From Octopus vulgaris (taxonomy: Eukaryota): a stretch of 64,000 nucleotides of DNA. Below are positions 52,487 to 64,000 of this stretch, one piece after another (position 1 is the stretch's first letter; every line of letters begins with the position of its first letter). The position numbers were made by a program, and so were the translations under genes. The notes below the pieces were generated by a model, which saw only the letters and a program-made list of their open reading frames with translations, searched no databases and was not told where the DNA came from. The DNA lies in the NCBI GenBank assembly GCA_951406725.2, contig OX597817.1:26722001-26786000 (forward strand). Reading direction: 5' to 3'.

Positions 52487-52726
52487 TACTCTTTACTCTT
52501 TTACTCTTTTCCTTGTTTCAGTCATTTGACTGCGGCCATGCTGGAGCACCGCCTTTAATCGAGCAACTCGACCCCGGGACTTATTCTTTTGTAAGCCCAG
52601 TACTTATTCTATCGGTCTCTTTTGCCGAACCGCTAAGTAACGGGGACATAAGCACACCAGCATCGGTTGTCAAGCAATGCTAGGGGGACAAACACAGACA
52701 CACAAACACACACTCTCATACGCATA

Positions 52727-52758
<32 letters not shown>

Positions 52759-52927
52759 CACATATATACGACAGGCTTCTTTCAGTTTCCGTCTACCAAA
52801 TCCACTCACAAGGCTTTGGTCAGCCCGAGGCTATAGTAGAAGACACTTGCCCAAGTTGCCACGCAGTGGGACTGAACTCGGAACCACGTGGTTGGTAAAC
52901 AAGCTACTTACCACACAGCCACTCCTT
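52487..52927 (-). mobile_element. SINE family A, full length
   Basis: Reverse complement of consensus. Confidence 0.88.
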
Positions 52928-53189
52928 TGTAGATATGTAAGATATTATTTGAGTTATTAGTTTTATTAGTGGGTATCCATTATGTGTGAGTTTCTTTGTC
53001 TGTTGCATTATTTTCTTGCTGATCTTGTACATTAGTCACTGTCTGAGTTGTGTTATTTTATTAAGTGGATATTATATATATTCTGTTTTGTATACAGAGA
53101 CTTTAATTAAACTAATGAATTAAAGTATCTTGCATAGCATGCAGGCTGTACCTTGCAGAGTCATCCAATCTTTAGAATTGTGTTTTATG

Positions 53190-53385
53190 AGCTGGCAGAA
53201 TCACTAGCATGTTGAGCAAAATTCTTGGTGGCATTTTGCCTGTCTTCATGTTTTGAGTCAAAATTACGCTGAGGTCGACTTTGCCCTTCATCCTTCCAGA
53301 ATCGATAAAATAAGTACCAGTCATACACTGGAGTTGACATAATTGACTTTCTCCCCGAAATTGCCGGCCTTGTGCCAAAATTTGA
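53190..53385 (+). mobile_element. SINE family B-related copy
   Basis: GAGGTCGACTTTGCCCTTCATCCTTCC..GATAAAATAAGTACCAG. Confidence 0.55.
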
Positions 53386-53998
53386 AATCAGTATTATGAA
53401 CCCTGTATGGTCTATATATTCTTGTTGATATTTTGATTTTAACATACCTACAGCTTCTACTGTTATTGGCATCGTTTTTGTCTGTGTGCCCTACATTTTG
53501 TATATTTTCATTTGAAGACTACAGTAAGACCATAGATTCCATCCCCACTTTATTTCAGGCAATTCATTTTCCAGAAAAGACCAATATATCTATTAACATG
53601 CATGTGTTAATGCTCTAGTCCTTGATTATTATATCTGAATAGTTTCCTCTGATCTCAACGTCAATTTGAATAGTAATCTCTTAAGTGATTGTGACTTGGT
53701 CATTATTGTTTACTGTGTTCATTACTGGTTTTGATCATATCATGTCTGTTTTCATATTGACATATCCCCCAGTGATTATAGTTGCTGATTCAACCATGTC
53801 AGTATGTTTAGTCAAACTTGGCAAAAACAGGGCAACTGGAGATGTGGTCAAATATCTCCTTGTACAGACTGAAGAGTAAGGACTATTTTATTTTTGCAGT
53901 TACATATGGCTAGCTATTGGTCTTGTGCAGCTAGTATTAGACATTCTATTTCTACTTCTAACCTAGAGATTTTCAACCAGTTTTGATATGAATATCAA

Positions 53999-54164
53999 AG
54001 GCGCAGGAGTGGCTGTGTGGTAAGTAGCTTGCTTACCAACCATATGGTTCCGGGTTTGTTCCCACTATGTGGCACCTTGGGCAAGTGTCTTCTACTCTAG
54101 CCTCGGACCGACCAAAACCTTGTGAGTGGATTTGGTAGACAGAAACTGAAAGAAGCCCATAATA

Positions 54165-54261
<97 letters not shown>

Positions 54262-54485
54262 GTGTGTGTATATGTTTGTGTGTATTAGTTTGTCCCCCAA
54301 CATCACTTGACAACTGATGGTGGCATGTTTACATCCTCATAACTTAGTGGTTCAGCAAAAAAGAGACCAACAGAATAAGTACTAGGCTTACAAAGAATAA
54401 ATCCTGGGGTCGATTTGCTCGACTAAAGGCGGTGCTCCAGCATGGCCGCAGTCAAATGACTGAAACAAGTAAAATAGTAAAAGAG
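53999..54485 (+). mobile_element. SINE family A, full length
   Basis: Head, core, microsatellite and tail present. Confidence 0.88.
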
Positions 54486-55279
54486 GTGGTAAGATGGCTA
54501 TCATTTTTAATGATCATGTATTTCTCCTAGAATTGTTACAATCTAAGAGAAAGGAAATCGTTATGAACAGAAACTAGATCAAGCACTAAACTTTACTTGA
54601 ACTCTGGCATGTTTAATGATACTGAAAGTGCTACAACTCTAACAGACTTGTTTCAAGCATTGATTCACTGTGGAGTTGAGCACCATTGGTATTTACCTTT
54701 TTAACACTTCAAACAATAGAAAGTTGTTAGCTTTCAAGGAATTTAAAACTTGAACAGTAGAATATGAAAATTGGAAATGTCAACCATTAACTCTGATATC
54801 TAGTGGGATATGGAGTGGAAATTCAATTGAATTAATATTTTGGGAGAAGAGATCGAATTAATTAGATTTAGGATTATGGTGAGTGAAGTTAAGGTGAGGA
54901 CAATGGTGAGTGATCATAGTAAAGTTATTCTTTTGAGCAGGAAGATTTCTTAGGCATTCCAGAGCCTTAGCTTTTCTAGCTTTTTGAATGATATTACTTG
55001 CTGTCATTGGATTGAAGTGTGTGTGTGTCTGCTTGGATGTAATTGTGTGTAAAAAAAAAGACAGCGAAGACAGCTTGTTGAGAACTAAATGCAAAAGAAA
55101 GGAAAAACAATAGAGGAGTGATTCAAGTTCTTCAAATAACAATCATTGGAATGATTCCATTTATTTCCAACTAACATGCAGAATCTTACTGTCCATTGGA
55201 GAGAAGAGAATCCAGAAAATAAAAGACATGCGGATCGAAAAAGTAACACAGCAAAAAACACAAGAAGATATGTGTCTGT

Positions 55280-55311
<32 letters not shown>

Positions 55312-56421
55312 TTGTGTGCGAGTGTGTGTGTGTGTTCCTGTATACATACACACATGAATATATATGTATGTCTAAGCTAAAACTGTAAGTAAAAATAAAT
55401 AATGAAAATGGCATTAAAACAGAAGTGAGGCCGACAACAGCAACAAAGCCAACAACAATAATAATACAACTTTATCAATCAAGTCAAGTTTGGTTTAAGT
55501 GGGAAGAGGTTTTATGTTGGAGATGACATGGGGAGATGAAGTAATTGTCACCAATTTCAAAGAGTGCACACTATAAAACTGTTACTGACACCAACAACTG
55601 CTGATAGCAATGAAAACTAGGAAAATGGATGACCGTTATTAAAGCTGAGTGAAAGCAATAACATTTTAGTAAATTACTCAATCAATCAATGCAAATCGTT
55701 CAAACAATCTGAGAAGAGTTCAATTGCATTTTGTTGATGATTTTCTTTCGCTTCTTTTTTTTTTTTTTTTTTTTTCCTTTTCCTATTTGAAATGTATGAT
55801 CACTTATATTAGTATAGAAGGAGCAAGGAAAATTAAACTTTTTTTTTTTTATAGACATTTGCACTGGGATGTGATAAATCTCCATAAATAAAAATTGACT
55901 ATTTTCGCAAATTTAGCTTCCTATGTGATTAGCTTTTAAAAATAGGGCTATATCACTCAGTGTAAGTACACACTCGTGCATGGAAATATATACACATCAA
56001 TGTGAATTATGCTTCCTTTATGAATTGTACAGCAACTATAAAAACTTCTCTTCTCATGAAGATGTTCAACTATGTATTATCTAAATACAATTGGTGCACC
56101 AATCTCTCTTCTCATTACTTCCACTGGATTCGACCTCTGCACCTCATACTTAACCAATTTCCCAATTGTTTTTCCTTAGAACTGTATGAATCTAAAACTT
56201 TTTCAGTTTTTCTCCCTATTTACAGAAGTTAAGAATGAATTTCATTTGCAACTACCCAACAAAGTTAAACTTCTCATCTAGTCTAAGAGGTCCCTACGGA
56301 AGATAGAGAAACAGGAGAATTAGTTCTATGAATCATTCTAAGAAACAAAACAAAACAAAATGCAGATGCATACATCCATAAAAATGTCCTGTAAGCCTCA
56401 ACTGTTTTGAAGGATACAATA

Positions 56422-56990
56422 TCATCATCATTGTTTAACGTCCGTTTTCTGTGCTAGCACAGGTTGGATGGTTCGACCGGGGTCTGGAAAGCCAGGAGGC
56501 TACACCAGGCTCCAGTCTGATCTGGCAGTGTTTCTACAGCTGGATGCCCTTCCTAACGCCAATCACTCCGTGAGTGTAGTGGGTGCTTTTTACGTGCCAC
56601 CGGCACAGGTGCTAGGGGAAGCTGGCAGCAGCCACGATTGGTTGTTGCTTTTTACATGCCACTGGCATGGAAGCCAGTCAAGGCGACGCTGGCATCAGCC
56701 ACATTCAGATTGTGCTTTTTACATGCCACTGGCACAGGTATCACAACTACAATTTCCATTTGATATTTATTTTGATGTTGATGTACTTGACTCAATAGGT
56801 CTCCTCAAGCACAGCAGGTCACCCTATGATCCAAGGTAAGCACAGCAGGTCATTCTGCAATCCAAGGTACTTTGGATGGGCTGGGGCTGCTATGCGAAAC
56901 TGGTGCAGGAAACAGCCATGAACTCACGTTATTTGTCGGGTCTTTGCAGTCACAGCATATCTCCAGAGATCTCGATCTTTCATCATTGCC
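56422..56990 (-). mobile_element. RTE-type LINE tail repeat
   Basis: Same family as 39985-40690. Confidence 0.75.
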
Positions 56991-57508
56991 TCTATCCTAC
57001 AAGAATAAATACCTCTCTAGAGCAGTTCTTAATTGCTAGGTATAATTTGTTATCTGGTTTAATATCACCACTTAGCATTTGGATGGTGGGGTCCACCCTT
57101 TCGCAAGCATTCAAACCAGGTCTTTGACCTGAAAATAACTACTTTTCTTGCCCTTTGCCCCATCTTCATTCTGCCATCAATCTTGGGAGTCCTGGACAAA
57201 CATCATGCTTCTGCTCTTCCAAGCTAAATAACACTAAAAACATACAATCAAAATTCTTCAAAATACACTCTACTTTTTTAAAAAAAGGGATACATTGGAT
57301 AATGTAATTCCAGATACACTGTATTTGAAGTAGACATGTGGTTAGATATCACTATCTCTCTCCTTAATTACTCCCTTTCTCTCCCAGACTTGGTCCTATG
57401 ACAGTGGTGTTCTTTATTACTCTCTCTTCAATCAGCTTCTTGCTCTGGCTCTCTCCCATCACTCTTCTATTACTCTCTCAGCCATTCTACAATATCAATA
57501 GATTCTCA

Positions 57509-57555
<47 letters not shown>

Positions 57556-58782
57556 TCCTCTCTTCCCACTGTCAATCTTTCTTCTATCATCCTCTTGCCC
57601 TGGCTCTCTTGACTCCCTGTTGCATGGAAGAGAAACAAAGGGTAAAAGAGAAACACTGTCAGAAAAAAGGAATACATTTAGTCTTAGCCATGGAGAAACA
57701 ACCTCTCTAGTACCAGTGAATGACTGGAGGTTTAGTAGAGACAACGTTTTAGTCTTGCAAGGAACAAGACAAACTGTCTTGTGACAGTGTCATATTGAAA
57801 TACCTCAGTAAACTCTGTAAAGTGGTGGGTGAGAGTAAAGGTATACAGCCATAGAAACCATATCAGAAATGTAGTAATTCCAAATAATATCTAACTCAGA
57901 TTATAATGGCCTATCTAACCCATGCCAGAAAGCAAAAACAGCCTTAAAATAGTGATGATGGTGGTGGTAGTGGTGGTGATAGTTGTGGCAGAGCTGGTGG
58001 TGGTAGCAGCAGTGGTGGTGCCAATGGTGGTTGTGATAATGTTAATGCTGAATAGGAAGAGGAGGAAGAGGAGGAGGTGGCAGAGGAGGTGGTGGAGTTT
58101 TCTCTTGCCTTAGAAATAATTAGTTTAATATCTATTAAACAGTTTCTATATTTCCTAAATTTGTTCTAATAAAGCAGAGAAATAATCAAATTCTAAGATA
58201 TGCAATAATATCACTTGATGAATCAAACCAATTATAAACTGTACTTAAAGAGAAGAGAAGAATTTGTTGCTTTAATTACGAATGTCAAGGCTGCAAACGA
58301 AATTGAAATAGTTTTCCAAAACCCAAACATTCATTGAATATCCCAGCACTTCTATAATATCTCAGCTTTTCTATCTAAATAATGAATCGAGAATAAATGC
58401 AGCCACATGAGAAATAACATGTTTACAAGAAAATATGGAAGCCTTGGATTGTGAACAAAACAGTTTAGCAGATTAAGTGGAACAAGTTGCTAAATTGGTG
58501 GTAAAGATGAAAACACTAATTACAGCAATAATCAAGATTAGATAATAGGTAATTATAAACAAAAGATTCTGGGCAATTGTGGTTGAAATGCGAAAATTTC
58601 TGATGATTAGGCAAAAATGAAGCAGCTGTGATCAATAATTAATGAATTAATATACTGTTTGCCAGTGAATTTGAAATCAAGATGTTGTTTTAAACCCTAG
58701 ATCAAACCTCATTGTGCAGGTCTGTGATCCAAAGTCTGTGATCCAAGGTCTGTGATCCAGTAATAACCATTCAGTTTCTTTA

Positions 58783-58837
<55 letters not shown>

Positions 58838-59075
58838 GTTTAACGTCCGCTTTCCATGCTAGCATGGGTTAGACGGTTCAACTGGGGTCTGGGAAGCCAG
58901 AAGGCTGCACCAGGCCCAGTCTGATCTGGCAGTGTTTCGACAGCTGGATGCCCTTCCTAACGCCAACCACTCTGTGAGTGTAGTGGGTGCTTTTTACGTG
59001 CCATCGGCACAGGTGCCAGACAAGGCTGGCAAACGGCCACGATCGGATGGTGCTTTTTACATGCCACCGGCACGG
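58783..59075 (-). mobile_element. RTE-type LINE tail repeat with long (CAT)n
   Basis: Closely similar to the reverse complement of 1060-1337. Confidence 0.8.
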
Positions 59076-59301
59076 TTAACTAAATTATGCTGTTAATGAG
59101 TTTTCTCCTTTTTTAAGATAACAAGATGTGATTTTAGTGAGATTTGATTGTTATTTTTAGCATGTAAAATAATCGTTTAGAGGTTCTCTCTGGAATCAAA
59201 GCTTTTGAGCTGGTGTCCCAAGTCGTGTTTATTTGACTGTTTTATTGAGTGAAATTATAAACAAGACCATTAGCTCTTGTTAGTTTCATCCGTCCTGGTA
59301 T

Positions 59302-59347
59302 TTCTGGCTGAGGAGACACAATATGTCAAAACACTGGTGTCCCAGAA
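59302..59347 (+). ncRNA. Type I hammerhead ribozyme relic (G12A)
   Basis: UUCUGG-CUGAGGA-GACA CAAUA UGUC-AAAAC-ACUGGU-GUC^-CCAGAA; all three stems pair. Confidence 0.7.
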
Positions 59348-59738
59348 TCCCTTTTACTAACAAATCGAGCATACAATGAACACATATTTTTTCATAAATG
59401 AGAAGCTGTTCTCCTGTGACAAGCACAACAGCACTTAGCATATTTGCTTATGAATCTGCCGGAAGGTATTAAAAATAAATATGCAAATCAACAGTTCATT
59501 CTATTCCTTTTCAAGTATTAGATATCCAACTATTTAATAACACCACTAGAGAATGGAGCAAGTGGAGCAAGAACACACACGGAAATGAAAAGTTCCGCTA
59601 AAGAGGTTACAGATGTATGACGAAAGATTTCCGGACAATGGACAGGCATTACAATAATAAAATAACAGTAATAAATGAGTGAAGGAAAAAAGAATATATA
59701 TATATATAGTACATGTGATTATTTGGCAAAAAAATAAA

Positions 59739-60133
59739 TCTTTATATGTAAAAGTAAGGTTGTGTGCTGTCTGTCTCCTACGATTTAGATTCCTAACTAC
59801 TCCCACATTTTGCGGTGCAGTTTAACCAAAACCGGGTATCTTATAGTCGTGATTCATATCGAGCCCTTCTGGGTATTAGCACGCGTCTACGATGAGTCTA
59901 CGATTTAAAAAAAAATTTACCATCAATTTTTTCCATTTTTAATGCATTTTTAGCATATATAAGGGAAGTAACTCTCTAAAAATTTATTATTAAATCTCAG
60001 AACGTAAAAAGCTACAGTAACACCCCCCTTTGTGGTTAGCCATATTGAGATGGCTATTATACTTTACATCTCTAAAAATGCTTATATAGTTATTTCCCTT
60101 ACAAACCCGAGCAACGCCGGGCGATACTGCTAG
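59739..60133 (+). mobile_element. Complete non-autonomous Helitron
   Basis: A|TC 5' end, subterminal hairpin CCCG-AGCAACGC-CGGG, CTAG|T 3' end, no TSD; second copy at 19931-20185. Confidence 0.85.
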
Positions 60134-60692
60134 TAGTAAATAAAATGACCATCCCAAAATAAAATGACCAACCCGAAATACAACAATATCTGTTTCAACA
60201 CACGCTTTCACATGAGGTATCTTGCAAAACGAATTGATAATAAAAATGACTATTCATAAATGTAAAATGATCAAGTCAGTATACGATAGGAGTCAGATGA
60301 ACAAATTTATGAGTAAATGCATTCCATCCATTACCAACCTGTTTTCCTTTTAGATCTACTTCCTGTAATGTGTCTTCTGATTTCAGATAGTTGCGCAACC
60401 ATGTAAAATCCTTATCATTGGTTTTATAGACACATATTATATTTCAGCTGAATTGTCTCCAGGTGAAATCCACTTCATGCATTTTGTTGTATATTGATGT
60501 GATACTTTTATTCCATGCAGGTGTTAGGGAAGGCATCGAACCCTAGAAACCATGCAAAAAAAAAAAAATAAAGATAGTAGAGCTTGGTGCAATCTTCTTA
60601 CTTGCAAGTTCCTGTCAAACTGTCCTACCCAGGACAGCATGGAAAGCAAATGTTAAATGATGATGATAATGATGATGATGATGATGGTGATA

Positions 60693-60723
<31 letters not shown>

Positions 60724-60791
60724 GGATGATGAGGATGATGATGATGATTGTTTTAGTTTATGTACTAACATAAGTTGATGATACAATATGT

Positions 60792-61205
60792 AGGCGCAGG
60801 AGTGGCTGTGTGGTAAGTAGCTTGCTTACCAACCATATGGTTCCGGGTTCAGTCCCACTGCCTGGCACCTTGGGCAAGTGTCTTCTACTATAGCCTCGGG
60901 CCGACCAAAGCCTTGTGAGTGGATTTGGTAGATGGAAACTGAAAGAAGCCCGTCGTATATATGTATATATATATATATGTGTGTGCGTGTGTGTTTGTGT
61001 GTCTGTGTTTGTCCCCCTAGCATTGCTTGACAACTGATGCGGGTGTGTTTATGTCCCCGTCACTTAGCGGTTCAGCAAAAAGAGATGGATAGAATAAGTA
61101 CTGGGCTTACAAAGAATAAGTCCCGGGGTCGATTTGCTCGACTAAAGGCGGTGCTCCAGCATGGCCACAGTCAAATGACTGAAACAAGTAAAAGAGTAAA
61201 GAGAG
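60792..61205 (+). mobile_element. SINE family A, full length
   Basis: Close to the family consensus. Confidence 0.9.
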
Positions 61206-61792
61206 TATGTAGGAGGAGTTAACTATGTGTGGCTGATATCCTATTCAGGAGAAAATTATCTATTTCTTATCGGCTTTATGACATGAATCCATAGTTTACC
61301 AACAGCTTCCAAAATATGCTTGTATATTATTTTCTTCTCATAATTCATACAGGTATAATTCACTCGACAGGACTTTGATTATTTTGACTTGATTTGAAAA
61401 CATCTTTCACAAGCATCAACAGGATTTTTGACCACTTAAAAGTACCAACCAAATCACTCTCAAACTGTACCCTACAGTCTTTATGATAAACGAAGTATAC
61501 ATTGAATAGTGTTAGATATAATATGCTTCAAGATAAAAAAAATGCTTGTTATGGATGGTTGGAATGCTCTTGGCAGGAGGTCTTTTAGACATTCTTTATT
61601 ATTTTCCTCAAAATTTGTATGTTGGTGCTGATTGAAGTTTGTTTATAAGATCTCCTTTACTTTAGATCTCTGTTTTAAGGTGTAGAGATTGTGTGTACAG
61701 GTGCAAGTGTGGAGAAAAAGGCATTTAGAGTAATGCCATCCATAGAGAATCAAGTTCAGCAAAGATTATAGTAGATAAGATATTACTCGTTC

Positions 61793-62170
61793 ACTCTTTT
61801 ATTTGTTTCAGTCATTTGACTGCGGCCATGCTGGAGCACCGCTTTTAGTCGAGCAAATCGACCACAGGACTTATTCCTTGAAAGCCTAGCACTTATTCTA
61901 TCGGTCTCTCTTTGTCGAACTGCTAAGTTATGGGGACGTAAACACACGAACATCAGTTGTCAACCGATGTTGGGCTGGGGGACAAACACTGATACGCAAA
62001 CATATACACACACTTACATATATATACATATATGTGACGGGCTTTTTCCAGTTTCCATCTACCAAATCCACTCACAAGGCTTTGAAGTAGAAGATACTTG
62101 CCCAAGGTTCCACGCAATGGGAAGGAACCAGAAACCATGTGGTTAGTAAGCAAGCTATTTACCACACAGC
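61793..62170 (-). mobile_element. SINE family A
   Basis: Reverse complement of consensus. Confidence 0.82.
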
Positions 62171-63084
62171 TGGCACAAATAAATGAGTGCTATCATGATG
62201 ATCTCATCTCTTTTATTCTATTTTAGGAATATTAAATCTGAAACATGATCTGTTGGATGTTCTTTTTTTTAAATAAAACCCCCTTCAGTCATGAACGACC
62301 ATGGGATTGCACCTAGAAAGTTACCTTCTGATGTATAAGTCTGGGCAGTGTTCTTTATGGAAGACCAGCAGTCATCCATGCATACCAGTCTCCCCTCTGC
62401 ATGCCATGAACGATATCCAAGAGAAAGGCAAAGGTTGATATAGCTTGGCACCAGTGATGTCTGAATTTCCACCGGCCTGAGGAAAGGCCCTTCGATTCTA
62501 GACATTGCTTCTACACCTGAAACTTCCCCCTGGATATACATGAAAAATCGTTTCTTGGATTCTTAGCCAGGAATTAAAACCTTAGTCTAAGTTTTTCTTT
62601 AAGAATTTTCCATTGTTTGTGGCATTAGTACATAGGAATTTTATGAAGTAACTTTCACACTTATTTTGGATCCATTGTTTGAATTAGCATCATTGGGTCA
62701 AAAGTAGGTTAACATGGATAAGCAATTTACTTTCTGTTTACATTCAGCTTTCTAAAAGGTGTAAATACGAACCCTCACAGAACATTAAGGATCAGTCACT
62801 TTCACTTCTACGCACCATACATCTTTTGCTTTCTAGCCAGTGGCTTTTTCTAACAGACACACTTTATCCAAGAGTGCATGAGATTTGTCATTGTTATTCT
62901 CCCTTTACCACTGTTAAACAGCCAATTACTACAGAGAATTTTTTTGTATACCTACTGTACAAGGAATTCACAAGAAAATAAACAGCATAAGCAATAACTT
63001 CCTTTTTTGCATTGATTTGTATGATGCATATTACACTGTCTCTCAGAGCTTGAACAATCTATAAGCATTATAACCTATTCTCTT

Positions 63085-63486
63085 TTTTTACTCTTTTTAC
63101 ATGTTTCAGTCATTTGACTGCGGCCATGCTGGAGCACCGCCTTTAGTCGAGCAACTCGACCCCAGGACTTATTCTTTTGTAAGCCCAGTACTTATTCTAT
63201 CGGTGTCTTTTGCCGAACCGCTAAGTTACGGGGACATAAACACACCAGCATCGGTTGTCAAGCAATGCTAGGGGGACAAACACAGACACACAAACACAAC
63301 ATACACACACATACATACATATATACGACAGGCTTCTTTCAGTTTCCGTCTACTAAATCCACTCACAAGGCATTGGTCGGCCCAGGGCTATAGCAGAAGA
63401 CACTTGCCCAAGATGCCATGCAGTGGGACTGAACCCGGAACCATGTGGTTGGTTAGCAAGCTACTTACCACACAGCCACTCCTGCG
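63085..63486 (-). mobile_element. SINE family A, full length
   Basis: Reverse complement of consensus. Confidence 0.88.
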
Positions 63487-63549
63487 TACTTATACTTGGT
63501 TCCATATTGCGTACTTATACTTGGTTCCATATGGCCAAGTGCTATATCA

Positions 63550-63856
63550 GTGGAGGCACATGGCCTAGTGTTTAGAGCAGCAGACTTGTGGTCGAGGGAT
63601 CGCAGGATCGAATCTCAGAACGGGCGATGTGTGTGTTTATGAGGGAAACACCTAAGCTCCATGCGGCTCCAGCAGAAGGTAATGGCAAACTTCTGCTGAT
63701 TGTTTTGTCACAACTTGCCCTCACTCTTTCTTCCTGCATCTTGCAGCTCACCTGCAATGGACTGGTGTCCCATCCAGGTGGGAGACCTATATGCCAATGA
63801 AACCGGGAAACAGGCCCTATGAGCCAGGCATGGCTTGAGAAGGAACAAACAAAAAT
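63550..63856 (+). mobile_element. tRNA-derived SINE (family D-related) with 11-bp TSD
   Basis: Head GTGGAGGCACATGGCCTAGTG; GTGCTATATCA at 63539-63549 and 63857-63867. Confidence 0.8.
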
Positions 63857-64000
63857 GTGCTATATCAAATGCTGTGTGTGATCTTGTATGTTGCTTAGCT
63901 CCTGGCTAGCTCCAGTTAAGCAGACTTATTATCAAATATGCTCCAGCTATATTTTTCTCTTCCAGTCTATGTACTTCTATGACTACATTAACCAATATTT

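Noticed and set aside
55184-55196. Possible first coding exon end ATGGACA|GTAAGA on the minus strand
   Set aside because: Such a short motif is expected by chance; kept only as speculation within the microexon finding.
63483-63532. 25-bp tandem duplication TGCGTACTTATACTTGGTTCCATAT
   Set aside because: Simple local duplication at a SINE boundary with no sign of function.

Overview
AT-rich, microsatellite-dense, repeat-dominated metazoan DNA. The SINE/LINE repertoire and (TA)/(CA)/(GAT) microsatellite load look like an octopus (coleoid cephalopod) intronic or intergenic region; this is an inference. No intact host gene is evident, and almost all ORFs in the track are translations of microsatellites or SINEs. 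The dominant structure is a ~6.4 kb head-to-head palindrome (3889-10334), bounded by (TA)n on both sides. It is built from two 5'-truncated copies of a Penelope-like retroelement (RT with YLDD, Cys-rich linker, GIY-YIG endonuclease; Neptune-type). Each arm ends in a minimal hammerhead ribozyme with a compensatory U3-A8 core, and only one arm carries a 36-nt tail. The same fold-back design (3-nt loop, arms ending in TA) recurs at 18973-19139 and 20185-20251, and at least seven further degenerate hammerhead motifs are scattered through the window. Also present: many tRNA-derived SINEs of several families, RTE-type LINE tails, an R4/Dong-type RLE fragment, three Tc1/mariner relics, non-autonomous Helitrons, a U6 snRNA pseudogene fragment, local templated or inverted duplications, and a candidate 17-nt microexon on the minus strand. 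All alignments and folds were done by eye.
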